A stretch of 63,161 bases of DNA, filler included, from Olpidium bornovanus S191 (GCA_017911155.1; 30 parts of 30 records of this genome joined end to end with filler, not necessarily neighbours in it); one strand, 5' to 3'; shown: positions 23,229 through 35,536, counted from the first letter of the whole stretch. Numbers and translations are program-made. The notes: generated by a model from the sequence alone, not told the origin.

Positions 23229-25430
23229 CATGTGCATTGCCTTGGTTTACGGAGCGTAAGCACCAAACGGACAGGACACCGACACACACCCGAATTCCGC
23301 CTTCAATACCCCGCGAAAACCTACATATGCCTGCGCGAGGAGCGGCATCAGCCTGTACTGGTGAATACGGTAATCCAGCAGTTTTGTTTCTATCGGACCG
23401 CTTCCGCCCTGCCTTCGCACGGCCGCGTATCTGATGGCAATTGTGACGGCTTTCTTCGCCGTGTTCCCCGAGTCGACCACCATCGATACTCGCCCAAGAA
23501 TGAGCGCCCCGTACGTCAGCTGTTGAAGCGGCGGCTCTTTCACTATCCCGTCGCGCGACACTTTGGTGTGCTTCATGAGCATGTGTGAGCGCGGGATGCG
23601 CACGTGTGTGAACTGAATCCCTATGGACATGGCGTTGCAGGTTGAGCATACGACCGCGATACGAGCGGTTGATCGTGCGCCGTCTTCTCACATCCATTGT
23701 CAATGCCATCCCGCCCCATTTTCTTCCCAATATCTCCGATATTGATGCCGGGCAACAAGGAAAAGTCTCGCCGGTCCCGTAGTTGAACGATGAAGGACTT
23801 CACGCCGTAATCTACGCCTCTCACGATCAGCCGGGCAAACACGCACCTACGAACAGAACGTATTACGGAGTCAAATATAATAATGCTCGTTTGCCGGTTT
23901 GGCCAAAAAAACTCTCGGCGATAACGTACGAATGGGTGGCTGATTGCGCGGCGCCGCCGATCCACCACTTGGTTGCTTCCACCCTAGGGGTATGGATGAT
24001 GAACTGATCTGCCGCCTCATCGAAAGTAGCCGTTGTTTCCAAGCCAGCCACGTTGGACCCGTGGCCCAGCTCTACAGCATCTCCCGCCGTTTTAGCAGCT
24101 GCGCTGTAGTAAGCATATGTTGACGAGCGAACTCTCCGCTCAGGAACTTACCCGTCATCGCGAAGCAACCGACCATGCCATTCAACGTCAGTGCTCCTTT
24201 GCTGTTAAACGAGATGAGAAAGGATTAACGGCTAAAGAACACATCTGCCTCGCGGCGCTACCTATGGCGTAATGGGGCAAATAGATTTCTGCATACCTCA
24301 CCCAGTAGGCAAACTGGGCTGGCGAAGCACTACCACTCAGGGCGCCGAAAAAGAGTCCGACTGACGTTGCGAACGCATTGTGCCGAACCCGAATTCAGCG
24401 CCTGGTAGGAGGGGAAGCGGCACAAGTGTGCACGCCAACCGACACTAAGATCGCGAAACTCACAGTGCACGCCGAACCGCGTCCAAAAGCCTGCGCAGGC
24501 AGGGAAGGAGCCGAAGGCGCTGTCAGCGAACGTCCATCGGCGCGCATTAGTAAGAGCGATTGAAAATGGGGGAATAGGTATAGATAACGCCGAATTGCGC
24601 ACCGGGGTCGACGATGGATATGATCTCCATCCTCTTCCGGAAAACATCCATCGGCTCGTTCTGGAGGGAATACACCAGACTTTTGAATTTTTCCATAGTG
24701 CGCTCGCGAACCTCCGCCTTCGTGAGGTCTTGCATATCGTCCAAGCGGAACAGCGGGTCGCGCTCCAGCTGGAGCATCATGCGCTCCTTCAGCTGCAAGG
24801 TCGGGGCAGACCAACGGAACGAAAACGAACCCATAACAGTGCGCACTGTGAGCGAGGGCCACCAAGCGACTTTCTCTCGCTGACCACGCTCGTCGAGCGA
24901 CCTTTGTCGACACAAATGCCAACCGGCCTCCTCCCGCCGCGGTCATCTCAGGCTGGACCTCCCTGCCGAAACAGAAGTCGCACCTCCGTGAACTTCGGCC
25001 CGCCGTCAAGAAAGTACGTCATCTCCCGTGTAGAAAACTGTGAGTTCCTCCTCTCTTCGGCGATACACTCCGTTGGGCTGGAGTGGTTGGGGACGTGGAC
25101 CGGTCAGCCGTGGATAGGTCGATAAGGCAATCAATCGGCCTCACAACGTTGATTCCGACCGCGATCAGTCGACCGAATGTTGACGGACGCAAACTGGCGA
25201 TGAAGGCGCAGTTGTCGTCGCCCAGCCTTGAGAATGGTGACCAAAAACCATCCTTCCTGGCTTCCCGTCCCTCGTCACCCCGTCTGCGCAGGGTCGCCGC
25301 TGTGATTGGGAAGAGAAAAGGCCCGGATTGTAGCCAACCCGACTCACGTAGGCAACCTGGGTTTCTGCTCCGTGACCTTAACCTTCTGCCGGGCGTCTGC
25401 AGGTGCGACGCGGCTCTCGACGTCCGCCAT
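23229..25430 (-). CDS. Peroxisomal acyl-CoA oxidase, 3' partial, multi-exon
   Basis: Spliced motifs [134 protein letters not shown] at 25430. Confidence 0.95.
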
Positions 25431-25536
25431 TCTGCGGTCGCGCCGCGGAAGCGCCCGTGTGTTTGTCAGTGAGGGGGGTGGACGACTGGACGAAGCGTTG
25501 GCTGCGGTCGTCGGTCGTTTCCTTTCCTTCGGCCTG

Positions 25537-25578
<42 letters not shown>

Positions 25579-25695
25579 CCTTTGGGGGGGGGGGGNNNNN
25601 NNNNNNNNNNNNNNNNNNNNNNNNNNNNNNNNNNNNNNNTTAATTAATTAANNNNNNNNNNNNNNNNNNNNNNNNNNNNNNNNNNNNNNNNNNNN

Positions 25696-26070
25696 ACATG
25701 GGCGAAAAGCGAGTTTAGCTTGCTCCGGGGGATTTATATGGTGCAACCACCAAGAGTTTTTGGGAAGCGCCAGGAATTGATCAGCCGTTGATGAGCCGTG
25801 AACGGTGCTGATCTCGAGGCGAAGTGCCCTCGTGCGGCTCACCATCCCAAGCTGGAGGGGCCCTTTGCAACATAGGTCCTCCAGTGCCAGACACAGAGTG
25901 TGGCAGTAACCGGCAGCTTGATTAGGGTAAAGGGGCGTTGACTTCTCAGTGACAAAGTAGGCGAGTTTATTATTTCCGTACGCCATTTTCTGGACGACAA
26001 TGCTCAAGTAAGAACTAAGTATACCTTGAGATATGGGAAATCTGGATTCTGTAAGGATTTAGAGTATGAG
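25696..26070 (+). mobile_element. Probable degenerate Ty1/Copia reverse transcriptase relic
   Basis: Stop-riddled frames give GIYMVQPP..GKRQELISR**AVNG (compare IYMxQPxGF...V.RL.KALYG), FLDD and *DMGNL (compare KDMG/KDLG). About 50% GC with no homopolymers, unlike host genes. Confidence 0.4.
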
Positions 26071-26802
26071 CAGTTATGTTTTATGGACAATTTACACACA
26101 CGGCGTCGGTGATGCCGATGTGCCAAGGCGGCCTGTAGTGTGCCTTGGAGACGCGCGGGTTGCGTGCGTATGGGTGGCCGGAAGATATCTGTCGTTGGGA
26201 CATTCTGGGGGTCAGGTCGGGACCGGGCGCAGCGTAACGTCCAGCCGGCGCGCGCGCTGCGCGGCGGCCTCGCCTTCCGCGCCGGCCCCGCGGCCCGCCG
26301 CTACTCGTCCGAGGCCGCCGCGGATCCCGCGATTGCTTTCGAGGCGTCCGGCGAGCCTGCCGTAGAACGAGGTGAGGACCGCGGGGTGACAAAAGAAAGG
26401 AGGGGGGGGGGGACGTGGATTTTCGCGCGTCGCGCTGCCCGCCTGCTGGGCCTCGAAGGAGCGGACGCTTGGTCCGCGGAGGAGCGCGCTTTCCCCGGTT
26501 GCCCCGGGGGGTAAAAGGGAGGGGGGGGAAAGGCCTCGCCCTCCGTAAACGCGCCCAGGCGGGCGCGGGGCTGACGCTCGCGCTGCTTCCGACGCGGATC
26601 TCTGGCGAACACGCGGCCGGCGCTCTTGGTACCTGCACTCGATCTCCCCGGCTTCTCTCTGGCCTTTTCCTCGGCTCGCTGCTGCGCAAAAAGTTCCGAC
26701 GANNNNNNNNNNNNNNNNNNNNNNNNNNNNNNNNNNNNNNNNNNNNTTAATTAATTAANNNNNNNNNNNNNNNNNNNNNNNNNNNNNNNNNNNNNNNNNN
26801 NN

Positions 26803-27528
26803 CACCTGACTACACCCTGTAATCCTGGAGCCAATGGGAAGGTTGAACGAGGCCACCGAAGTTTGCTCGGGATCTTGCGGAAAAGTTGCAACGGTCGTCT
26901 GCGAGACAGGGCTAGGAAATTACCTTTAGCTTTGTGGGCAGACCGAACAACGGTGTCCCGATCTACCGGGTACATGCCAGCGGAGCTACTAACTGGAACG
27001 CGCCCGTCTTTCCTGGTGGACATGGACATACTAAGTTGGGCGGGCCTACCATGGGAAGATGGCTGTACAACGGATGAGCTTATTGCGATGCGGCTCAGGC
27101 AGCTAGAAAGACGAGAAATCGACCTTGAACGGGCTAAGGAGCGACTGGCGAAAGAACGGGAAAAGGCAAAGGAGATGGTGGACTCAGCCCGAACGACACG
27201 GGAACAAACCATTGAACCCGGAGAATGGGTCTTAGTGCGGAATGATCGAATGTTTAACGAGTTTTGGACAGAGTGGAAGCTCTTGCCTCGGTGGTTTGGG
27301 CCCTATGTTGTGGACAAAGTAAACCGAGATACTCGAACTTACATCCTTCGTGAGCTGGATGGAACCCCGTCAAAGACTCGATATTCGGGAACTCGGATCC
27401 GGCTGTTCCGCCGTCGAACTGGTGAGATGCGAACGGAACCGACCCAACTGGAGGCGGAGCTCAGCGAAGAAGACGAGTTGGGACGTGACGAGGATGAAAC
27501 AGACCTGCGCTCAAGGATGCACGATTAA
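26803..27528 (+). mobile_element. Ty3/Gypsy retrotransposon integrase, C-terminal part (5' partial)
   Basis: HLTTPCNPGANGKVERGHRSL..LPLALWADRTT.SRSTGY.PAELL.G, then GEWVLVRN..KLLPRWFGPYVV..TYILRELDG (GPY module). No chromodomain; acidic tail. Confidence 0.9.
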
Positions 27529-28000
27529 TACACGACGAGCGTACTTGAACTAGGAATGCCCTGATTCCTCTCGAGGATACGTAGGCAGCCTATGAACCGC
27601 GGGAAACCTCCCGCGGGAGAAAAAAATGATTGATGCAAAATGTTGGATCACCGCATTGCAACACGAGAAAATGGAGGACACACTTGGGACGTTTTCGATG
27701 ATCGAACGGGACGGGGAGAGGTGGCGCTTCAGCGCTCTGGTCTCCGTGGGACAGGACCAACGAGGAACGAGACCCCACGTCCTGAGCTGCTCCGGCAAAA
27801 TAAAGGGGAACGATACCACTGGGAGAATATGATCCAAAACTGCCGGTTCAAATTCCTGATTTGGGCCCTGATATTCCATGTGACGGGAGAACCGTCGTAT
27901 GGTGAATACCTGCTTGCAAAATGATAGCGAGTGACGGGGGAACGAAAAAGGTGGAGGGCGGAACAATGACAGCTACTCAAGCAAAGGAAGAGGACGGCAT

Positions 28001-29116
28001 CTACAAACTAGTAGAAGGATCTTCCCTCGCGGAAGATGAGAGGTGCCTGGGAATGGGCGGGACAAGCAGCGAACTGCCGGGGGCAGGATCGGGCAGTGTG
28101 GTTGAGGGCGCAGCCGGAAGCGAAGCCGTTGCCGGAACAGTCGCGCCGGTTCTAGATGCAGACGTTCTGCCGGGAGCCGCGCTGGACGACGAGCTGGCTG
28201 GTGCTCGAACCACCGACGGTTGGGAGGATCCGGAGCTGGGGGGACCTACCGTTGCAGGGACGGAGGCAGCGAGTTGCCCGGGTTGTGCAACAGACGCAGA
28301 ACTAGATTCAACAACCGTTGACGTTGAAGCCGCTGCAGTGCGAGAGCGGGTCATGCGTCCAGCAGGGGACGGGTTATCGGGGGTAACGACCGAGGAACCA
28401 GACGGCGGCGCAAGGGCAGAAACCGACACGGGAGGAGCAGCCGATGCGGCAGAAGACCGGGTATAACGGCGACGAGCCGGAGGAGGTTGATTGCCGTCAT
28501 CGCCTTTTGTAGGATTGGCCGAGTTGCGACCTCCACCTTCGCCGCTGTCACTTTCATTTCCTGTATCGTTTCGCCAAAGGTCAGCAAAGAGGAAGCTCCG
28601 CGTATGCACTTGGCCGTCGGCGATCCGTGACGTTAGTGCTGGGAAGGACTCTCGACGGTGCGCCCACTCGAGTATGACGTTATGGGAGGAGGCGGTCAAG
28701 CGGGATGAGGGAAACCAGCAGGAACGGGCGCGCCCAAGGACCGGAGGGACGTAGTCGTCTGGGAGTTCAGCATCGGGGGAGAGGGCCGAGACCTCGTCCA
28801 CCAAAAAGCGACACTGGATATAAGAATCGTCGACGACAGGGTCGGGTCGCGGGTCGTAATCGCGATCAAACGGGCCGTCAGGATCGGAGTATTGGAGATC
28901 GGACGGAAGGAAGAGGAACTCGAGCTTGCGAGGGTCTGCAGGGAGAAAGACTGACGGAGGCCACTGCATCACTTGGCAGAACGACACGATCATAGACCGA
29001 CGCAGTCTGCAGAGAAGAGAAGCAGTCAGAACTAGAGAGAAATGCACTGCGAACTTGTCGTCGTGCTTAACAGGCATACTGCAGTAGGGCGACGCAAACT
29101 TCGATGTCGCCGCCAT
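28001..29116 (-). CDS. Antisense ORF (371 aa) downstream of the Gypsy integrase
   Basis: Long open frame with a roughly 190-aa globular-looking N-half and a Ser/Pro/Ala-rich C-half. Base composition is like the retroelement (no homopolymers). Function is unknown. Confidence 0.5.
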   Translation of the reverse strand: MAATSKFASPYCSMPVKHDDKFAVHFSLVLTASLLCRLRRSMIVSFCQVMQWPPSVFLPADPRKLEFLFLPSDLQYSDPDGPFDRDYDPRPDPVVDDSYIQCRFLVDEVSALSPDAELPDDYVPPVLGRARSCWFPSSRLTASSHNVILEWAHRRESFPALTSRIADGQVHTRSFLFADLWRNDTGNESDSGEGGGRNSANPTKGDDGNQPPPARRRYTRSSAASAAPPVSVSALAPPSGSSVVTPDNPSPAGRMTRSRTAAASTSTVVESSSASVAQPGQLAASVPATVGPPSSGSSQPSVVRAPASSSSSAAPGRTSASRTGATVPATASLPAAPSTTLPDPAPGSSLLVPPIPRHLSSSAREDPSTSL

Positions 29117-29226
29117 CTCCCATGGNNNNNNNNNNNNNNNNNNNNNNNNNNNNNNNNNNNNNNNNNNNNTTAATTAATTAANNNNNNNNNNNNNNNNNNN
29201 NNNNNNNNNNNNNNNNNNNNNNNNNC

Positions 29227-29787
29227 ATGGGGGCGGAGCTGGAGGAGCTTATGGTGATGGAGGCGGTGCGGCTGAGCCTGCTGGACGAGGAGCAACGGCA
29301 GGCGCAGGCGCTCAGGCAGTCTGAGGCGGAAGCGACTGCTATGGCGTGGTCGTCTCAGGACGTGGACGCGCGCGGATCTTCAGGAGCGGTTGATACTGTT
29401 TCTGACAGTACCGCCGCGGCGACCGTGAACACAGAAGATAATTGTTACGAGGCGACAGCGACAGCGACAGAGCCTGCGGACGGCGGCAGGCGGCAAAGCG
29501 GGGTTCCGGCGGCCTGGAGCGAACTCGCGCTCCGTGCTGGGAGTCCTCTGGACGACGACGACGCTCCGCTTCTACCAGTGCTTGGGACGCACGGCGCTAC
29601 GGGTTTGCCGTCTGCCACCGGCGTGTCACAGTCAGCGCCAGGCTCGTCTTCCGCCACTGGGGCAGCCGCGGATTCGTCGGGAGCTCCCGCCGGCGGGAAT
29701 GTCGAGTCACCGGTGGGCTCGACAGCCTCGGTCCCTGCTCAGCACTCTAAAGGCCGGATTAGGGGCGAAACGGACGAACGCGCGTAA
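29227..29787 (+). CDS. SIP5-like protein, C-terminal part (5' partial)
   Basis: ELEELMVMEAVRLSL matches the (D/E)LEELM.MEAIRLSL motif of fungal Sip5-family proteins, followed by a low-complexity tail and TAA. Confidence 0.62.
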   Translation: MGAELEELMVMEAVRLSLLDEEQRQAQALRQSEAEATAMAWSSQDVDARGSSGAVDTVSDSTAAATVNTEDNCYEATATATEPADGGRRQSGVPAAWSELALRAGSPLDDDDAPLLPVLGTHGATGLPSATGVSQSAPGSSSATGAAADSSGAPAGGNVESPVGSTASVPAQHSKGRIRGETDERA

Positions 29788-31035
29788 CGCCTTCTTCTCT
29801 TCCCAGGCTTCGCTTGCGTGCACAGTTTTTTCCTTTAGCACACACACACTCTTTAACGCTCCAGGTCCTGGCATACTCTTTCCCTGGTTTGACACTGTGT
29901 CCGTCGTCGCATGTCGCTCCCAAGGTTTCTCTCGCGGTTCTCAGCACTTTGCACCGTTGTTCACCCGCCCACACAGCACGCATATCGAGAGGATTCGCGG
30001 ATGCGCTTGCCGCGTTGGGGGCAGAAGCCGATGCGACTCGAACGTTTTGAGAGTTTACCCTGAACGACGTCCACGTGACGGCCCTGAGTGCGGGTGGCGC
30101 ATTGGAAAGTGTGCTTGCGAAGCTGGAAAAATCATTACCAGGGTTTCTCCTGGTTAATATTGGCCACGTGCGAACTCCGGCCCCCTCCCGCGGAGAACAC
30201 TTTTCCTGGGCATAAAGGGAGGACCCCCAGGTCCCAGCCTCTAGTGACAATTTTCCTACCAGTTCGCAAAGTGTCCAACCAGGATCGGATGTCACGTCGG
30301 TGAGGTCGTGTGTCGCGGGGGTGGAAGACCAGCGAAAAGACCCCTGCTTTATCAGCGCTGAAAAAGGAGCGAGAGAAACAAGCGGTTTGCCTACGGCACC
30401 GGACGACAAGGAAACAGCCGAACGTGAACGAGAAGCGCGGAAGACGTTTTGTGGGTCAGGGAGCCGACTTCCCTGCTTGCCGGGAGGGGAAGGAAGGGGC
30501 GAAGAGGGGAGGAAGGAAGGGGAAAGGGGGGGGAAAGGAACAACGTTTTTTTTTTTTTCTACCAGAGCCACAGCTTTGGAGGACTGCGCCGGCAAATAGC
30601 CGATTTCACCGAGTCGCAACCCTTTTTTTATACCCCCTCTTACTTGCGGCATCAACTTTCAGAAACCTAATTGGGACCAGAGAACGATGGACATCCTACG
30701 GCAACAACTCGTGTCCAGATATCAACGGTGAATAAACTGTTTACCCCGTCCCTTTCCTCCCCCCTCCCCACCCAAACCTTAACCCAACCCAACCCAATTT
30801 TTTTTTCATGCCGCATGAACGTAACAACAGCGGATACGGGGGTGGAGGGGAAGGTGGCGTGTGAAAAGTCAACAGAAAAAAATTCTTTTTGCGCAAGTGT
30901 ACGGACGCACATCTCACGAATCCGGGGCGGTTTTTTTTCTTTTGCGTGCTTTCTCTCTCTCTCTCTCTCTTTGTGAAATCACGCGTAGGCCGGGTTGCCG
31001 TCCCTCGATTTTAGTTTTTTTCCTCCCTCTCACTT

Positions 31036-31623
31036 TTACACAATCACGACGTTCTGGTACAGGCCCCGGTCGCGCAAGTTTTGGGCTGCCGCGACCGTGG
31101 GGTGGACGTCCGGAAGCTTTTTTTTTTTTTTTTTTGTCGCCGGGGATATAAAAACCGACCCGACCGAAAAAAAAAAAACCGAAAGTGTAAATGACGCGGG
31201 CGACACAGGCCGCATAAAACGCCGGGGGGAGAGGGAAGGGAAGGGGAGGCTCCCACCCCCTGTCGCGAGTTCTGGCGTACCTCTCTCAAGACCTTGTCCG
31301 TCGGGGAGAACGTGTTGTTGCCCTTCGTGTATCCGGAGGGCGGCACGATTTCGATGGGTGCTAGAGGGCTTTTTGTTACAGGACGCCAGTACGATCTTTG
31401 TGGATCGGGGGGAGGGGAGTTTGAATGGTTGCAATCAGGGTGTTCCGTACGTGGAGCGGAGAGCGGATCAAAAAGACGCAGCCTCGTTTCAAATAAAAAC
31501 AAGGTTGGAAATAGGGGTGGTTGTGGGAAGAGGAAGTTTTGCACATCCTTTTTTCCCCCTCACCCCCCTCCCACATCCCTTTTTTGCCCGGGCGATCCTC
31601 TACTCGTGCAAAAAACAAAAAAA

Positions 31624-31662
<39 letters not shown>

Positions 31663-32129
31663 AAAAAAACCGACCGAACCCGCGTTGTCGCGACCCAGAA
31701 AAAGCGAAACTTACTCTTGCGTAATCGTGACGAACCGCGCCGGGTCGCGGACATCGTACTTATCGAGGAACTCGGGCAAGTTTCTAGAAAAGGTTAACAA
31801 CGCGGAAGAATCGCAGCGCGTCCGGTTTGGTATTATTTTTTATTTTTTTTTTTTGTCGAAGGGATTTTTGCTTTGTCAAGCCGGGAGAATCCGAGAAAAC
31901 GAAAAATGAAAAAAAAATAAAACCGCTGCTCTTTTTTTAAAAAAAAAACAACAATTTCGCACAAACCGGAGGGCTCCTGAGGGCTGCTTCTTGCCTGGGA
32001 TGGTACCCTTGTCCAGACAACGAAAAACTGTGGGAGCTTTCTGGTAGGACAAGCGGGTGATGCTGGGATTCCGTAAATGCGAAACGTCAGCTGGATGTCC
32101 ACCGTCAGGTGGTCGGTTCCCCGAATCAC
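31036..32129 (-). CDS. Hypothetical conserved-looking protein, last four exons (about 32129-31975, 31783-31715, 31367-31281, 31116-31036)
   Basis: Phase-consistent splicing gives ..GALR/NLPEFLDKYDVRDPARFVTITQ/DPLAPIEIVPPSGYTKGNNTFSPTDKVLRE/LPDVHPTVAAAQNLRDRGLYQNVVIV* with strong GC3 bias. I do not recognise the family. Confidence 0.55.
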
Positions 32130-32396
32130 CTGTACACACGAGAGTGAAAACGCGGTAATCGCTTTTGTTTTTTGGTTTTGATGTTTTTTCTTCGGCCCAG
32201 GCTTCCCTCATTCGCCCTACCCCAGTTTTTTGTGTATGTGGAGGGTTTCGCTCGCACCTGCTCATTACCGGGCCGGACGGCATGCTCNNNNNNNNNNNNN
32301 NNNNNNNNNNNNNNNNNNNNNNNNNNNNNNNTTAATTAATTAANNNNNNNNNNNNNNNNNNNNNNNNNNNNNNNNNNNNNNNNNNNNCTGTTCCCC

Positions 32397-32446
<50 letters not shown>

Positions 32447-32767
32447 CGTAGAACCCGCTTTTTGCCCCCCCCCCCCCCTTTTGGCCCCCCCCCCCCCCAC
32501 AGCCGGCGCGGAAGGCCGGATGATGAAAAAGCCAGGGACAAACAAAAAAAAAAAAAAAACCCCCCTGCCAGAAAACGCCAAGGACTGGATACAACTACTA
32601 CAACACCAACAGCAAGAACAGACCGGTGGTGAAGAGGGAAAAGGGGTGGAGGAAGGGGGGGGGGGCCGGAAGGGGCGAGAAGGAGGGGTCGTTGCCGACA
32701 GGCTTTCGCGAAAACAGCAGCAGCAAGCCCCAGCAGGGCGGCGCGGCGAGGGGAAGTCGGGAGCGTT

Positions 32768-33321
32768 ATGACTGCCGATTTCATAAACCTTCTCGACAGC
32801 ACGGGGGGGAAGATCGTGGACTCCGTTTCGACGGAGTACGAGGACTCGTTCAGCCTCGAGAGCTTCGGCGACCTGATCAAGGCGTACGTCGAGGCGGAGC
32901 CCAAAGGGAAGAAGGCGTTCATAATCGCCCGCGTGCAGACGTGGGACCGCAAGCAGCCGGAGAGGGCGTTCTACTCGTACTACGACGCATACCACCTAAA
33001 CAAGATCCTTTTTCAGACCCAGGTGTACCTCGGGAAGAAGCTCATCCACCGGCTCCATGTCCTGAACCCGCTCAGTGGGTGTTCGCTGAAAACGGGCTGG
33101 GGTTCTTTTCTCTTTCTTCCCGTTTTTTTTTTTTTTTTTTTTGGTGTTTTTCTGTTTGGCCAGGACCCGCCTCCCCGTCCCTTCACCCCATCCCCCGCCC
33201 CCACATCCCCGCTTCAGCGAGCGCGCGCTTCGACCGAAAGGAGGGGTTGGGGAAGGCGGTGGGAGTGAGGGTCGGGGAGAGGTGACCGCTGGAAGGCTGA
33301 TCGACCGGGTCCCGGCGCTCC

Positions 33322-33373
<52 letters not shown>

Positions 33374-35160
33374 CCCCCCCCCCCCCCACCCCTCCGCGCG
33401 ATGCGAACTCGCCGTGTCAAGCCAACTCGGACATCATCGGGAATGTCCTGTACTTCCGCATCAGCCGCGGACCGTGGTCCGAGCCGCCGCCGGAGAAGTC
33501 GGGGGCGGACGCGGCCGCCAAGGTGCCGGTCGTCATCGGCACCGCGCAGATAACCGACGGCAGACCCGCGCGGCAGCGCCCCGGCGAGATCGCCTCGCAG
33601 GGTCCGCCGAGGTGGACGGGCGCCATCCTGGACCGCGTGAAGGCGGCGGCCGCCGCCGGCCCGGCGATCGCCGAGGAAGAGACGGGCGTCCTCCCGGAGT
33701 GGACGCTGGCGTCGCCGGCGGTGGCGGAGGTCACGGAGGAGGAGGGGAACGTCAACGCGAACGCGCCTTTCCCGAACCGCCGGATCTCCATCACCCCGGG
33801 CGGCTCCGCCGCGCTCACGTTCACCGCGCACAGGCGCGCCGGCCGCCGGGCGTCGGACCCTTCGCCCGCCGCGGCGTCGAAAACCGAGTCCGGCGCGGGA
33901 ACGGGGCCCGCCGGCTCGCTCGCCCGCCTGACGGAAGCCGTCGCCCCGGTCGCCGTCGATTCGGCCGGCCTGACGCCGCAGGCGCCGATGGAAGTCGCGA
34001 TCCTGCCCGTCGCCGAAGAGGTGGGTCCCGGCGGAGGCGAGGGCGACGCGGGCGGCGGCCCGCCCGCGCCGCTGCCGCCGCCGGGGTCCAGGCGGCGGAG
34101 GGTCTCGTACGAGAACCGCGCGAAGCCGCCGACCGCCCCCATCATCCTCCGCCGGCGCACCAGGTCCAACGCGCCCAAGGGGGTGGTCACGCAGTTCACC
34201 GTCCCCGTGCCGGACGAGAAGCTGGACAGCCTGGCCCCCAAAACCCCGCCGGGCCGCCGCCGGACCCTGTCTTTCGCGAACGCGGTGGCGTCGACCGCCG
34301 TGCAGGGCGGCAGCGCCGTGTCCGCGCTCCGGGACTGGGCGAGGATGCTCAGGACCGAGGAGGCGGTTCCCAGAGAGGAGGACCGCTACGGGCCCAAGTC
34401 GGCCCCGGTCGACGCGTTCCCCAACCGGGTGCTTCCCTTCGCGCAGACTGTGGTCGCCGCCGACATCCCCGCCAAGCCCGGCGCCTCGCCTTCCGTCCGC
34501 GCCGCGCCGGCCATCATCACCACCCAGGCCGCCGAAGCGACGGCCGGGGGCGGCGGGTGGCGGGCGCCGGAGGACGACGAGAATCCCGCTGCGGCGGCCG
34601 GCGAAGAGCAGCCGATTTTCCCCATCAGCGCGTACGACGCGACCCTGGTCGGAACCGACAACGACTACCTGGAGTCGTCGAAGACCAGGCTGCTGTTCCG
34701 GGAAAACTCCGTGAGGCCCGAGGACGTGCAGCTGTTCGAGATGCCCGAGTACAAGGGGGAGGCGCCGACAACCGGCGCCCCGCTGATACTCCAGGAGCAG
34801 GCGGTCTGCGACTCGTGCTACCCGTCGCCCCAGCAGCTCGAGAGGGCGACCCCTGCGATGCGGATGTTCCACCTGTGCAAGTGCTACATCACAGCAGTGG
34901 TCCTGTTGGGAGTGGTCCTCGGGGTGAGGCGCGCCGCCGGGGTGGGGGGGATTTTCTTGTTTTTGTTTTTGCTTTTTTGTTTTCGATTTTGAGCACCGGC
35001 AGTCTTTTTGCGGGGTGGGCGCCGAGAAGAAAAAAGAGGGCGAGAATCGGAAGAAGAAGGAAAAAAAAAAAAAACAAAAAAAAAAAGAAAATCCAATCTT
35101 CCAGCTTGCGCGCCCGGAAAAGTGGAGTGGGCGTTCGCACTCTGTCGCTGATGTTATCCA
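32768..35160 (+). CDS. DUF5092-like protein with a large low-complexity insertion (exons 32768-33074, 33422-about 34923, probable further exon from about 35105)
   Basis: EDSFSLESFGDLI..FIIARVQT..YSYYDAYHLNKILF..HRLHVLNPL/TNSDIIGNVLYF and later AYDATLVGTDNDYLESSKTRLLFRENS..D..LF recall DUF5092 proteins (from memory). Hydrophobic YITAVVLLGVVLG near the end. Confidence 0.65.
33323..33387. repeat. Intronic poly-C tract
   Basis: A 50-C run, one G, then 14 C, inside intron 33075-33421. Confidence 0.8.
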
Positions 35161-35249
35161 ATTATTTTTTTCTTCTTTTTTTCTTTCGTTCCTCTTGCGC
35201 TCCCCGCCCCGCAACGCGTGCTCTTTCTCTCTCCTTCTCTCCGTCGCTG

Positions 35250-35286
<37 letters not shown>

Positions 35287-35504
35287 ACGCCGTTCGCCCC
35301 GCCCGGCCGCTCCGTCCCAGCTGATAGTACGTGCTTTCGTTAGCGACACGGCCCCAAGAAGAAACCGCGGCCAAAAACGTCCTAAAACCCCAAACATTTT
35401 CACGCGCGCACCCATTTTTCCAGTACGTTACTCTTCAAGCACCCACCTCCCGAGGGTAAGTGGCCCCCCGTCCGCCTCCACCCCCCCCAACTCCTCACTC
35501 TTTC

Positions 35505-35536
<32 letters not shown>

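Noticed and set aside
29759-30760. 298-aa minus-strand ORF and a DVHRSL motif suggestive of a TBC domain
   Set aside because: The ORF crosses intron-like homopolymers and no other TBC motifs are present.
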